DNA of 64,000 bases, taken from IMG/VR virus record IMGVR_UViG_3300029906_000007; one strand, given 5' to 3'. Below the pieces are notes generated by a model. The model did no database searches. It saw nothing but the letters and a program-made list of their open reading frames with translations, and was not told the DNA's origin. The stretch's first letter is position 1; each line of letters starts with the position of its first letter. The stretch comes from an uncultured virus (IMG/VR IMGVR_UViG_3300029906_000007) (taxonomy: Duplodnaviria; Heunggongvirae; Uroviricota; Caudoviricetes; Crassvirales). Below are positions 9,785 to 19,412 of the stretch, piece after piece. A program made the position numbers and the translations under genes.

Positions 9785-11227
9785 ATGGCTGCTTTAACTG
9801 TTGCTGATATTAAGCGTTTAGCTGCTGAAATTCAACAAGCTAAAGTTAAAGCAGCTGCTACTGGTAGTTCGGAGAAACTCTCTTATATTGTATATAATGA
9901 TGATGATTCTCCGAACTATTCTCTTACATTGGCAGCTGCTTTATTTACTATTCCCGGTATTAGTTCTATTAATAGACTTAGATTATTAGCTATATATAAT
10001 ACTAGTTCTGCTGGTGGATATGATGATTTATATCAAAGCATAAAGTCATTAGAAAATCAAATTAAATCTGTTCAAGATAACATTACTGTAATTGAAGCTC
10101 AACTTGATGGTATTGATGATGCTATTTCTCAAATTAGTAATCTTAATAACCAACTTGTTGAGCTTCGTTCGTTATATAATACTCTTAATATTACTGTTAA
10201 TGATTTATCTGAAACTGTAAATGAAATTGAAACTATTGTTGATAGTATTGATATAGAAAGTCTTACTAAGAAAGTAAATACTAATACTGAGAATATTACT
10301 ACATTAACAAGTAGTCTTGATGCTATTGATAAAAGAGTACAGAAACTCGAACAAGGTTCTGGTGGTGGATCCTCTACGGGGGAACTTACAGATAGAGTTA
10401 ACAAACTTGAACAAGATGTTCAAACGCTTAATGAAAAACTTATTCAATATGATGCTACTATTGAACAATTAAATTATAATATAGAACAAGCTAACCTTAA
10501 AGCTCAAAATGCAGAAAATATTGCTAATGGACTTAATTATAATGTAAGTAAAAATACTTCTGATATTAGTGCTATAAATATTTCTATTAATTCTATTAAA
10601 AATGATATTACATCTATTAATAAAAGAATTGATTCTATTGTTGTAGGAGGTGATGTTGATTTAAGTGAATATGCTACTAAAACTGATTTAAAAAATGAAC
10701 TTTCAAGTATGTTTTCAAGTCTTGGAGGAACTACAGTTTATAATATTCATTTAATTGGTTGGCATGATGATATTGAACTTGAATTTGATTCTGAAACTTA
10801 TCCTGATGCTAATAATAGTAATGAATATTTTGAACAATATGGTATTGTAGCCGCAAAAGAAATTACTACTAAAGAACAATTATTAAGTATAACAGCAAGT
10901 AGTGATATTATTAGTAGATATTTAAGTGAAATAATGTATGTTGAAAGTATTGATGAATTATATAATAATATGCAAGCTCATGCTGTTATAATTAGTATTG
11001 GTTATGGAAAACCTAAAGCATTATCTATTAATAAAGTTGGAGATACTATTTATATTGATACTTATTGGGCTATTGATAATGGAGTTATTGCTAGATTTGA
11101 ATTAACTTCTACAAGTCTTAAAGTTACTGAATTATTTGATATTAAAAATATTACTGATAAAATTAATACTCTTGAATCTACAATTAGTAATCATGAATCA
11201 AGAATTAGTGAATTAGAAAGGAATTAA
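9785..11227 (+). CDS. Coiled-coil tail fibre/needle-like protein
   Basis: 480 aa. Heptad repeats, DLSEYATKTDL fibre motif and a C-terminal NHESRISELE coil. Confidence 0.55.
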   Translation: MAALTVADIKRLAAEIQQAKVKAAATGSSEKLSYIVYNDDDSPNYSLTLAAALFTIPGISSINRLRLLAIYNTSSAGGYDDLYQSIKSLENQIKSVQDNITVIEAQLDGIDDAISQISNLNNQLVELRSLYNTLNITVNDLSETVNEIETIVDSIDIESLTKKVNTNTENITTLTSSLDAIDKRVQKLEQGSGGGSSTGELTDRVNKLEQDVQTLNEKLIQYDATIEQLNYNIEQANLKAQNAENIANGLNYNVSKNTSDISAINISINSIKNDITSINKRIDSIVVGGDVDLSEYATKTDLKNELSSMFSSLGGTTVYNIHLIGWHDDIELEFDSETYPDANNSNEYFEQYGIVAAKEITTKEQLLSITASSDIISRYLSEIMYVESIDELYNNMQAHAVIISIGYGKPKALSINKVGDTIYIDTYWAIDNGVIARFELTSTSLKVTELFDIKNITDKINTLESTISNHESRISELERN

Positions 11228-11230
11228 GTT

Positions 11231-11908
11231 ATGAGTAGTTTAAATCAACTTATAAGTGAAATTGCACATATTGTCGGTTCTCCAAACAATATTGCTCTCA
11301 GACGTCATATTCGTCAAAGTATTATACATCATCGTAATGAACTTATTAGACAAAGTTTTAATAATCATAAATATATTGATAAACAAATTTGGCAGAGGTA
11401 TAAAGTTAGTTTGATTGACGTTCCTGAAGGTGATATTAATGGTGTTGAATTAGGTCAATATGTTAAACGAAGTGCAAATAGAATACTTAAACCTGTTCGG
11501 TTTACTGATAATCTTCCTCTTAAGTCCGTGCGTACTATTGGAGCTAGTCCGATTGAAATTGCTCACGTTAAACAAGCTGGTGGACAATTTTATAAGGCTC
11601 TGCCTGGCATGTGTGCTATGCCTGTCTATGATCTTATCAATTATTATCTTTATATTAATTATACTAACTCCTCTATTGATTTGGCACAAATTAATGCTGT
11701 TATAATTGAAGCTCCTTTTGAATATCCTCATCTAGTACCAGAAGAAACTTTTGAAGGTAAGATTGAAACTCCTGTGAGCGATGATGATGAATTTCTTCTT
11801 CCTGAAGATATGATTCCACAGCTTAAAGAATTAATCCTTAAACGTGGAATTATTAATATGCCTCACGAAACAAATGAAAGTCCTAAAGATAATATTGTAA
11901 ATGGATAA
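11231..11908 (+). CDS. Putative tail ring (head-tail connector) protein
   Basis: 225 aa. Position upstream of the IHF-like/ring/muzzle block matches crAss-like synteny. C-terminal DDEFLLPEDMI motif. Confidence 0.5.
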   Translation: MSSLNQLISEIAHIVGSPNNIALRRHIRQSIIHHRNELIRQSFNNHKYIDKQIWQRYKVSLIDVPEGDINGVELGQYVKRSANRILKPVRFTDNLPLKSVRTIGASPIEIAHVKQAGGQFYKALPGMCAMPVYDLINYYLYINYTNSSIDLAQINAVIIEAPFEYPHLVPEETFEGKIETPVSDDDEFLLPEDMIPQLKELILKRGIINMPHETNESPKDNIVNG

Positions 11909-11911
11909 TAT

Positions 11912-12871
11912 ATGAAGCCTGAAAAAGTTCTTAAAGATTATTATAAATCTTTTATTGAAGCAAGTAATAAAGATTTATCTTATTATACAAATCTATTACA
12001 TCTTGAAAAAATTAAATACAATGTATTTCGAGATTATGTTAAATCAAAAATTGAATATTATAAAGATAAAGGTATTGTATTGACTGATTATAAAATCGAA
12101 TGGATTATTGGTCGTTATAATGAAAAAGAAGAACTTTATAATAAGGTTATATCTATTTATAATTCATTATCTGAAGATGATGCTAAAACTGATATTATAC
12201 AATTAATTAAATATTGTGCCTCGATTAAGAAAATATATAATTATAATAATATAATTGAACAAATTAAGATTCGTAAAGATATAACTTTTGTTCAATATAA
12301 AGAAATAATTAAAGCTTATTATTATAAAGTTCAAGAAGCTGTACTTGAAGGTTTTGCATATAGTTTTTCATATGGTATTGGCGATGTTAGTATTGTACGT
12401 TTTAAACGTAGCGAAAATGCAAAACCTATAGTTGATTTTAATGCTACTAATCAAAAGAAAAAAGAAATTATTGCTAAAGGCTTAGAACCTTATGATAAAA
12501 AGAAAGCTGAAATATATGCTACTCGAGGAATGAAATATGAAGGAGTTCCTTATATAGTTTATAAAACTGATAATGTTATTTATAAAATAGATTTTACTGG
12601 AGGCAATATTACAAGAAAATATAAATATAAATTTGAACATACTGAATATGTTAAGAAAAGTCTTCGAGGTTTAGGTTATAAAAAGGTTGCAGAAAGTATT
12701 ACTAATAGAAATGAAGTATTTGCTTTAGAATGTGATATTAGATTTAAACTTAATGTGCTTCTTGAATTTGATAAAACACAATATATAAAATATATTAGAA
12801 ATCCTGATGCTAATCAATCAAGTAATTATGCTAAAGGTGTAAAACTTAAAGTTAGAAGATCAATATATTAA
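11912..12871 (+). CDS. IHF/HU-like DNA-binding domain protein
   Basis: Basic 319-aa protein. KEIIKAYYYKVQEAVLEGFAYSFSYGIGDVSI resembles the HU/IHF helix-strand core. crAss-like phages carry such a gene at this position. Confidence 0.5.
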   Translation: MKPEKVLKDYYKSFIEASNKDLSYYTNLLHLEKIKYNVFRDYVKSKIEYYKDKGIVLTDYKIEWIIGRYNEKEELYNKVISIYNSLSEDDAKTDIIQLIKYCASIKKIYNYNNIIEQIKIRKDITFVQYKEIIKAYYYKVQEAVLEGFAYSFSYGIGDVSIVRFKRSENAKPIVDFNATNQKKKEIIAKGLEPYDKKKAEIYATRGMKYEGVPYIVYKTDNVIYKIDFTGGNITRKYKYKFEHTEYVKKSLRGLGYKKVAESITNRNEVFALECDIRFKLNVLLEFDKTQYIKYIRNPDANQSSNYAKGVKLKVRRSIY

Positions 12872-12875
12872 ATTT

Positions 12876-13826
12876 ATGGCTAACGAAAAAGTTGTTTCTA
12901 TTGAACGAATTATAGCTAAGATAGATAATGATTTCAATCCTGACAATAGTGATTGGATTCCTAGAGTTGCTGCATGGGCTATTGATGCTATGAATCAACT
13001 TAAATGTCTTAGAAAAGTTCCTAAATGTCATAGACTTGAAGTTAATCATAGACTTGCATTAAGTCCTTGTTGTCTTAATTATGATGAAATGAGAGTTTAT
13101 GATCCTAATGGATGTTTAATTCCAAGAGCTGGAGATCCTCGATGTGGTCTTAATAAATGTGGAAATGGTGGTTGTTCCCCTGTAGAGGATATATATCATC
13201 ACGGACATCATCACCATGGACATTATTGTCATACTTGTGAACCTTATCCTCATGTTCATGTTGATGATTGTGGATTTGAAACTGAACATAATCATCATGA
13301 TTGTTGTCATGTTTCTGAATCTCATACTCGTGAAGTAGTTAATACTCATTTATTTCCAGATAAAACTCTTACTTGGACTGAACATACAGGAAGTTATGAT
13401 TATAGATGTATGCATCGTGTTCATCATGCACATATTCCTAGCGATCAACTTCCTAATCGAAATTATGTTATTTCTGGAAATTATATAGAACTTAATTTTG
13501 ATGTTTCATATATTGTTATTGCTAGATTAGATGTTGATACTGAATATAGTAATTATTATCATTGCGAAGTTCCAAAGATTCCTGATAATGGTTTACTTAT
13601 TGAAGCTATTACAGATTATTGTATGTATAAAATGCTTACACGTGGATATAAACATCCTGTTATGACTTTAACTGCTGCTAGTGAAGCTCTTAATCCTTTT
13701 GTTGCATGGAAAGTAAATATTGAAAAAGTTAAACGTAGTGTTTTGCTTGATGCTCAACAACCTATTAATGATGACTTATTTAAGTCTGCTTTTATGATAT
13801 TTACTTTTGGTCGTCGTAATAAATAA
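12876..13826 (+). CDS. Putative tail tubular/ring protein with His/Cys-rich insertion
   Basis: 316 aa, directly upstream of the muzzle gene. C-terminal PKIPDN..LIEAI..Y motif and a central His/Cys-rich block. Confidence 0.55.
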   Translation: MANEKVVSIERIIAKIDNDFNPDNSDWIPRVAAWAIDAMNQLKCLRKVPKCHRLEVNHRLALSPCCLNYDEMRVYDPNGCLIPRAGDPRCGLNKCGNGGCSPVEDIYHHGHHHHGHYCHTCEPYPHVHVDDCGFETEHNHHDCCHVSESHTREVVNTHLFPDKTLTWTEHTGSYDYRCMHRVHHAHIPSDQLPNRNYVISGNYIELNFDVSYIVIARLDVDTEYSNYYHCEVPKIPDNGLLIEAITDYCMYKMLTRGYKHPVMTLTAASEALNPFVAWKVNIEKVKRSVLLDAQQPINDDLFKSAFMIFTFGRRNK

Positions 13827-13832
13827 TATAAT

Positions 13833-16800
13833 ATGTCTGATATTGTTAAAAAGCTTAATCTTAATAAACATCCTAGTGATGTTCCTAACTATGGTTTAAT
13901 TCAGGCTAAGAATATTAAGATTAGTAATGATTTTAAACGTATAGTTAATGAAGAAGGTATAAGTGCTAATACTGTTATTCATCAATGTATATCTGAAAGA
14001 TTTGGTAATGGATATTATATTGCTGGTTGTGTTCCTACTTCTAATGAGTTAATTTTATTTGTATGTGGAAACGCTATTGATCCTAATACTGGAGAATATG
14101 CTGAATCTGCTATTTATAGATATAATGAAATTGATAATAAATGTATTATTATTAATGATCAATGGAAATATCATGGTGGTAAACTTAGAGGAACATATAC
14201 ATATAATATTAATAACCACCTTATTATACAAGTTGCTGAAGATCCTTATGATTTAGAAGAATTTGTTAATCCTAATTATAAACCCGATGAACTTGATCTT
14301 AAAGTTCCACTTAAAACTTTTGATCTTGATGATTGGGATATTATAAAAGATCTTGATTTAGGAGAATGTATTGATGGTAGAATTTTATATGTAGAAGAAC
14401 GTGAAGTTAATAATAGAAAATTTGAAAATGATACTATTAGTATTAGTGAAAGATTTGGTAATAGAGCTGACTATGTAAACGCTATTGTACCGCAAGTTCC
14501 TATATGTAATGTTACATGGGGTGGACTTATTAAAGGTAATGCTACTAAAGGTATTTATACATTTTTTATTCGTTATAAAATTGATTGTTGGGGTAATTAT
14601 ACTCAATGGTATCCTATTGGTTTTCCTATTACAGTTGATAGTATTGAAAGTAATGAAGTAAGTAGATATAATTGGTATTATGATTATAAAGATCAAGATG
14701 ATGAATCTGGTCATGGATATGGTTGTGTTGATTTTTATTCTGCTGATAGAGAATTTGTTAAAGTTCTTCCTAAAATTAGATTTAAATTTGAAGGTACTCA
14801 TGATTATCTTAATTTTCAAAAATATCAAATTGGTATTATAATTAAAAGACTTGATACTACTAAATGTTATAGAACTGCTGATTTTGATAGATATATTTCT
14901 GGTTCTGGTAGAACTGAAGATAGACATATTCTTACTGAGTATGAATATATTTTTAATAAAGAAAAACTTTATGATATTAGTCTTGATGAATTAACTTTAA
15001 CTAAATATAATTATTATAACGTTCGTAATACTATTAATTATCAAAATAGAAATTATATAAGTAATTATACTGAAACAAATTATAATATTAGTGAGAAAGA
15101 AATAGGTTTATTTGGTAAAGGTTTTAATATTGAAGAACTTGTTAAACTTAATTGTTTTGCTTATGCTCCATATGTAAAAACTAATGTTAAGTTTAAAGAT
15201 AAAGTTTCTCAATATGATAGAACTGATAATTGTATGGATGAATTTTGTTATGATACAAATCTTGTTCATACAACTACTAAAGCTAAAGGAAGAAATAAAC
15301 TTGATCAAGTTAAATCATGGGAAAAAGTTAGAGGTTATGATTATGGCGCATGGCATAGAATAATGGGTAATTGGACTCCCGGTTCTTTATTTGGTGTTCC
15401 TCTTAATGAAGTATTTGGTATTGATAGAAATAAAGAAATTAGTGTTAATGGTACTAAAAAGCCTGCATATAAGTTTATACTTTGTCAACAAGCTGGTCGT
15501 GAACAATTTGCTTGGTGGAATAGAGATGATAGTAGATGTCGTATATGTTTAGTTGAAAATGGAGCTATAGCTCAAGATTTTGGTTCTCAAGTTACTATAA
15601 TTATTGATGATAAAAGTGATCCTATTAAATATAATTGTGATATTAATTGGATGACCGCATATAGTCCTATGCTTGACTATGGACTTAGTTATGAAAGTAG
15701 ATTAGCACATAATACTCTTATTCCCGGAGAAGTTTATTCTTTTTATATTCATTTTGTTGATAAATTTGGTCATAGTACTAATGGATTTCATATTCCTAAT
15801 TCTAATTCTAAATGGAAATATGATGTTGATCTTAATACTACTTTAGGTTCTTATTTTAACTGTAATAATGGAACTCCTACTAATCCTATTCCTACAGATC
15901 CACAACTTTCTGTTATATTTGATATGTATAATAACAATCCTTCTAAATGGAGAGATTATAAACTTTATCAATTTATTAATAATGGAGGTAATAACGGACT
16001 TCAACTTGATATTAAAGATGATGGACAATATGTTGAAAATATTATATTAGGTTATTATGCTAATAATTCAGGTCAAACATTTCATCGTATTCCTATGTAT
16101 AGTTTTACTGCACAAGGAGACGAAAGACCTATTCCATTAGTATTTGGTATTGATTGTGTAATTGATGACGAATTATTTATTAATGAACTTAGAAATCGTG
16201 GATATATAGGTTATTATCTTAGCTATGAAAAAGCTGAGCCTATGAGTCGTGTTGTAGGATTTGCTTCAGAAACAGATGCTTCAGAAGATATTGATGATCA
16301 TCCTACTAATCACGATCTTGATAATCTTGATGATAAATTCTTAGGAGATTATAATGGTAGAGCTAATTATTACAACGGCAATAATAATATCTCTACAGGC
16401 GGTCCTAAAGCAACTGAAAATGCTAATAAAACTCTTTATGTTTATAGTGATGATTTAAATACTTCTGATAAAATTAAAGTTGATTTTAATGCTATTAGTT
16501 TTAGATGGGCTTTGTTTGATTATAGAGGTTTTTGGCAAGATCAAGGTACAAATAAAGTTGCTGAATATCGTGCAAGTCTTAATCTTCCAGAAGTTAGAGC
16601 TGTTACTCCAATTGGTAATTATGATGAAATTATATATCCTGTAGATGAATATGAAATACTTATAGGTGATGCTCCTAATAATGCAGGTAAAGGAACTCGT
16701 GTTAAAATGAAGAATCCAAATGTATTTAATACTCAAACTTATCAACGTAATGCTATTGCTACTATATGGTCTTTAAATAATAATATTTATACTAATCCTA

Positions 16801-18557
16801 ATAAAGAACTTATTCGTATTAATAATATTAAGCTTTTTAATTATGAAGAAGAAGATCAAAAACTTAATACTTATGGTTCTTATCCTGGTCATATAACATA
16901 TAATAGTACTCTTGTATTTAGAAGAACTGGTGCTAGATGGGATCCTCAATGGACTACTGTTAAAGGTACTGATGGTTGTAGATATTATTTTTTAAATCAA
17001 GGTTCTTATAATGTTGTAAGTCCTCAAAGACTTGTTCAACATATTTGTTATTGGCATAGATTTATGGAAGGTAAAGTATCTAATAATAGACCTAAACAAG
17101 AATTATTTATTCTTAATATTAATAATCAAGAACGTTTTGATGATGAGAAAGATACTAAACGAATAGCTAAACTTCCAAATGATTCTTTATATTTTCATGG
17201 TGGTCCTAATGTTCTATTTCCAGGTAGACCTGTTATGCCTATTCAAACTCTTGATATGTATAAATATGTTTTTCCTGATGAAACTGTTAGTGATAAATTA
17301 TTAATGGCTTATGATGATAATCTTAGAAATATTACTCAATTTGATAAAACTATTCGTCGCAGTGATGTTATTCAAGATGAATCTTATGTAAATGCTTGGC
17401 GAACTTTTCAACCTAATGGGTATAAAATTATTACTGAAAATAAAGGTAAAATTGTTAATCTTATAGGTATTGGACTTTATCTTCTTGCTCATACTGAACA
17501 TAGTATGTTTATGTTTGATAGAACTGCTGCTCTTCAAACTCAAGATCGTGATGTTAAGTTAAGTATGCCAGATGCATTTGATACTAAATATGTTGAAGTA
17601 TATACTTCTGATAAAGGATTTGCTGGTATTCAAGATAGATTTGCAAGTATTATTGGTGAGTTTGGTTATGTATTTTATAATAATGATTTTCATAGATTCT
17701 TTAAATTTGATGAAAAACAACTTAAATATATAGATGAAGATGTTCGTCTTTGGTTTGAAAAAGTTCTTCCAAATAAAGTTCGTTTTGCTAATGATAAATA
17801 TAATAATCGTCTTATAGTTTGTGCTGAGTATGGTAATAAAGTTGATACTTTAAGTTTTCATAATGATACTCAAACATTTATAAGTTTACATGATTATAAT
17901 TATAAATATGCTTATAATACTAAAGTTAGAACTTATATGAATAGACTTATTCAAGGTGAAAGTCTTTATGAATATAATCATGAAAGTAATTATGGACGTT
18001 TTAATAATATGCTTACTAAAGCAAAAAGTAATGGCACATTTTATACTGTAGCTAATGGTAATAGTCATTATGATTCTTATATAGATGTTATATTTAATGA
18101 TCAATATGAAGCTATAAAATTCCTTGAATATATTAGATATAAAGTTAAGAAACTTGATAAGTATCTTGTGCCTGATTCTCCTGATAATGAAATCACCCCC
18201 GTAGAGGATGAAGTATGGACTAATATTGGATATGCTAATAAACTTCTTCCTAAATATAGTGGTGATGTTCTTCGTATATTTAATGAATATTGTGATAGTT
18301 TTGATATGAGTCTTGATACTACAGGAGATGTTAATCGTTATAATAGATATAAACTTCCTTATTTTGAACTTGGTAATTGGAACTTTAATTATTTCCGTAA
18401 TAATATACCTGCTCATCCGGGTGAGCCAAGTGATAGATTAAGAAGAATTTATGGTAATCAAATTGTAGTTCGTTTTATATTTAAAAATGCAGATAATAAA
18501 CGAATTGAATTTGAAACTCTTGATTGTATTGTAACTAAACAACGTAATGTAAGATGA
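13833..18557 (+). CDS. Muzzle / tail stabilisation protein
   Basis: 1574-aa beta-rich protein with C-terminal propeller-like motifs (ENKGKIVNL, HTEHSMF, GFAGIQ, FISLHDY). Sits immediately before the cargo genes. Confidence 0.7.
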   Translation: MSDIVKKLNLNKHPSDVPNYGLIQAKNIKISNDFKRIVNEEGISANTVIHQCISERFGNGYYIAGCVPTSNELILFVCGNAIDPNTGEYAESAIYRYNEIDNKCIIINDQWKYHGGKLRGTYTYNINNHLIIQVAEDPYDLEEFVNPNYKPDELDLKVPLKTFDLDDWDIIKDLDLGECIDGRILYVEEREVNNRKFENDTISISERFGNRADYVNAIVPQVPICNVTWGGLIKGNATKGIYTFFIRYKIDCWGNYTQWYPIGFPITVDSIESNEVSRYNWYYDYKDQDDESGHGYGCVDFYSADREFVKVLPKIRFKFEGTHDYLNFQKYQIGIIIKRLDTTKCYRTADFDRYISGSGRTEDRHILTEYEYIFNKEKLYDISLDELTLTKYNYYNVRNTINYQNRNYISNYTETNYNISEKEIGLFGKGFNIEELVKLNCFAYAPYVKTNVKFKDKVSQYDRTDNCMDEFCYDTNLVHTTTKAKGRNKLDQVKSWEKVRGYDYGAWHRIMGNWTPGSLFGVPLNEVFGIDRNKEISVNGTKKPAYKFILCQQAGREQFAWWNRDDSRCRICLVENGAIAQDFGSQVTIIIDDKSDPIKYNCDINWMTAYSPMLDYGLSYESRLAHNTLIPGEVYSFYIHFVDKFGHSTNGFHIPNSNSKWKYDVDLNTTLGSYFNCNNGTPTNPIPTDPQLSVIFDMYNNNPSKWRDYKLYQFINNGGNNGLQLDIKDDGQYVENIILGYYANNSGQTFHRIPMYSFTAQGDERPIPLVFGIDCVIDDELFINELRNRGYIGYYLSYEKAEPMSRVVGFASETDASEDIDDHPTNHDLDNLDDKFLGDYNGRANYYNGNNNISTGGPKATENANKTLYVYSDDLNTSDKIKVDFNAISFRWALFDYRGFWQDQGTNKVAEYRASLNLPEVRAVTPIGNYDEIIYPVDEYEILIGDAPNNAGKGTRVKMKNPNVFNTQTYQRNAIATIWSLNNNIYTNPNKELIRINNIKLFNYEEEDQKLNTYGSYPGHITYNSTLVFRRTGARWDPQWTTVKGTDGCRYYFLNQGSYNVVSPQRLVQHICYWHRFMEGKVSNNRPKQELFILNINNQERFDDEKDTKRIAKLPNDSLYFHGGPNVLFPGRPVMPIQTLDMYKYVFPDETVSDKLLMAYDDNLRNITQFDKTIRRSDVIQDESYVNAWRTFQPNGYKIITENKGKIVNLIGIGLYLLAHTEHSMFMFDRTAALQTQDRDVKLSMPDAFDTKYVEVYTSDKGFAGIQDRFASIIGEFGYVFYNNDFHRFFKFDEKQLKYIDEDVRLWFEKVLPNKVRFANDKYNNRLIVCAEYGNKVDTLSFHNDTQTFISLHDYNYKYAYNTKVRTYMNRLIQGESLYEYNHESNYGRFNNMLTKAKSNGTFYTVANGNSHYDSYIDVIFNDQYEAIKFLEYIRYKVKKLDKYLVPDSPDNEITPVEDEVWTNIGYANKLLPKYSGDVLRIFNEYCDSFDMSLDTTGDVNRYNRYKLPYFELGNWNFNYFRNNIPAHPGEPSDRLRRIYGNQIVVRFIFKNADNKRIEFETLDCIVTKQRNVR

Positions 18558-19324
18558 ACAAATATAGAAATCGTAACGAAAGACCTAAAGCATTTATAGG
18601 CGCTGCTATTGGCGCAGGTGCTGGATTAATTAAAGGAATTTTTGGAGGTATTGCAAAACGTAAACAAGCTAGAAGAGAACAGCAACAAAATTATGTCAAT
18701 GCTGTTATGCAAAGTAAACAAGGAATGGATGAAGAACTTCAAGCTTCTGCTGAACTTGCTGGACAATTTGAAGAAAAATTTGTTGCTAGATGTGGTGGTA
18801 GATATAAATCTAAAGGTATTAAAATGGCTTGCGGTGGAAGTAAAAAAGCTTGTGGTGGTCGTGCTAAAAAAGCTTGTGGTGGTAAAAAGAAAGAATATGG
18901 TGGTACTGAATTATTAACCGCTCCAACTATGGCTCAAGGAAATCCTATGAATATTAATAAACTTAATTCTGATCTTCAATCTTTTAATAAACAGATAAGT
19001 AGTACTGGAAGTAAAGGCTCTAATTTTAGTAATTTTCTTAATAATCAAGGTAGTGATTTAGGTGGTTTAGCTGGTGGTTTATTAGGTGGAGCAGCTCAGT
19101 CTCTTATAGCTGGTAAACCCGCTGCACAATTTAGTACTTATAAACCTAATGTTAGAACTCAACCTTTGAGTAATATTAATACTAATAAAGATATTAATAA
19201 TATTCCTAATAATGGTGTTACAACTGATGCTATGGCTCTTCCTAATGGTGCTTTACAACGCCCGACCGCTATGTGTGGAACTCGGAAACGTGGCAAATTT
19301 GGCACTCGTCGTCGTTCCTGTTAA
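18554..19324 (+). CDS. Putative ejected cargo protein (Gly/Ala-rich hydrophobic segments)
   Basis: AFIGAAIGAGAGLIKGIFGG and LGGLAGGLLGGAA segments, repeated xCGG motifs, follows the muzzle gene. Confidence 0.55.
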   Translation: MNKYRNRNERPKAFIGAAIGAGAGLIKGIFGGIAKRKQARREQQQNYVNAVMQSKQGMDEELQASAELAGQFEEKFVARCGGRYKSKGIKMACGGSKKACGGRAKKACGGKKKEYGGTELLTAPTMAQGNPMNINKLNSDLQSFNKQISSTGSKGSNFSNFLNNQGSDLGGLAGGLLGGAAQSLIAGKPAAQFSTYKPNVRTQPLSNINTNKDINNIPNNGVTTDAMALPNGALQRPTAMCGTRKRGKFGTRRRSC

Positions 19325-19390
19325 ACTCAAAATATCAAATAGATGGATTGTTCAGCCTGAATGAGATAATGTCTTAGACGGGCTGAGATT
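19289..19390 (-). repeat. ~110-bp phased element, copy C
   Basis: Minus strand cagcc-cgtct-aagac-att ... gccaaatttgcc, with the same 83-84-nt spacing as copies A and B. Confidence 0.55.
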
Positions 19391-19412
19391 CATTCAATAT
19401 ACATTATATAAT

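Noticed and set aside
14385..18416. Many 60-180-aa antisense and alternate-frame ORFs here and across the window
   Set aside because: Expected by-product of strong NNT/NNA codon bias in long real genes. They show no motifs and are fully nested.
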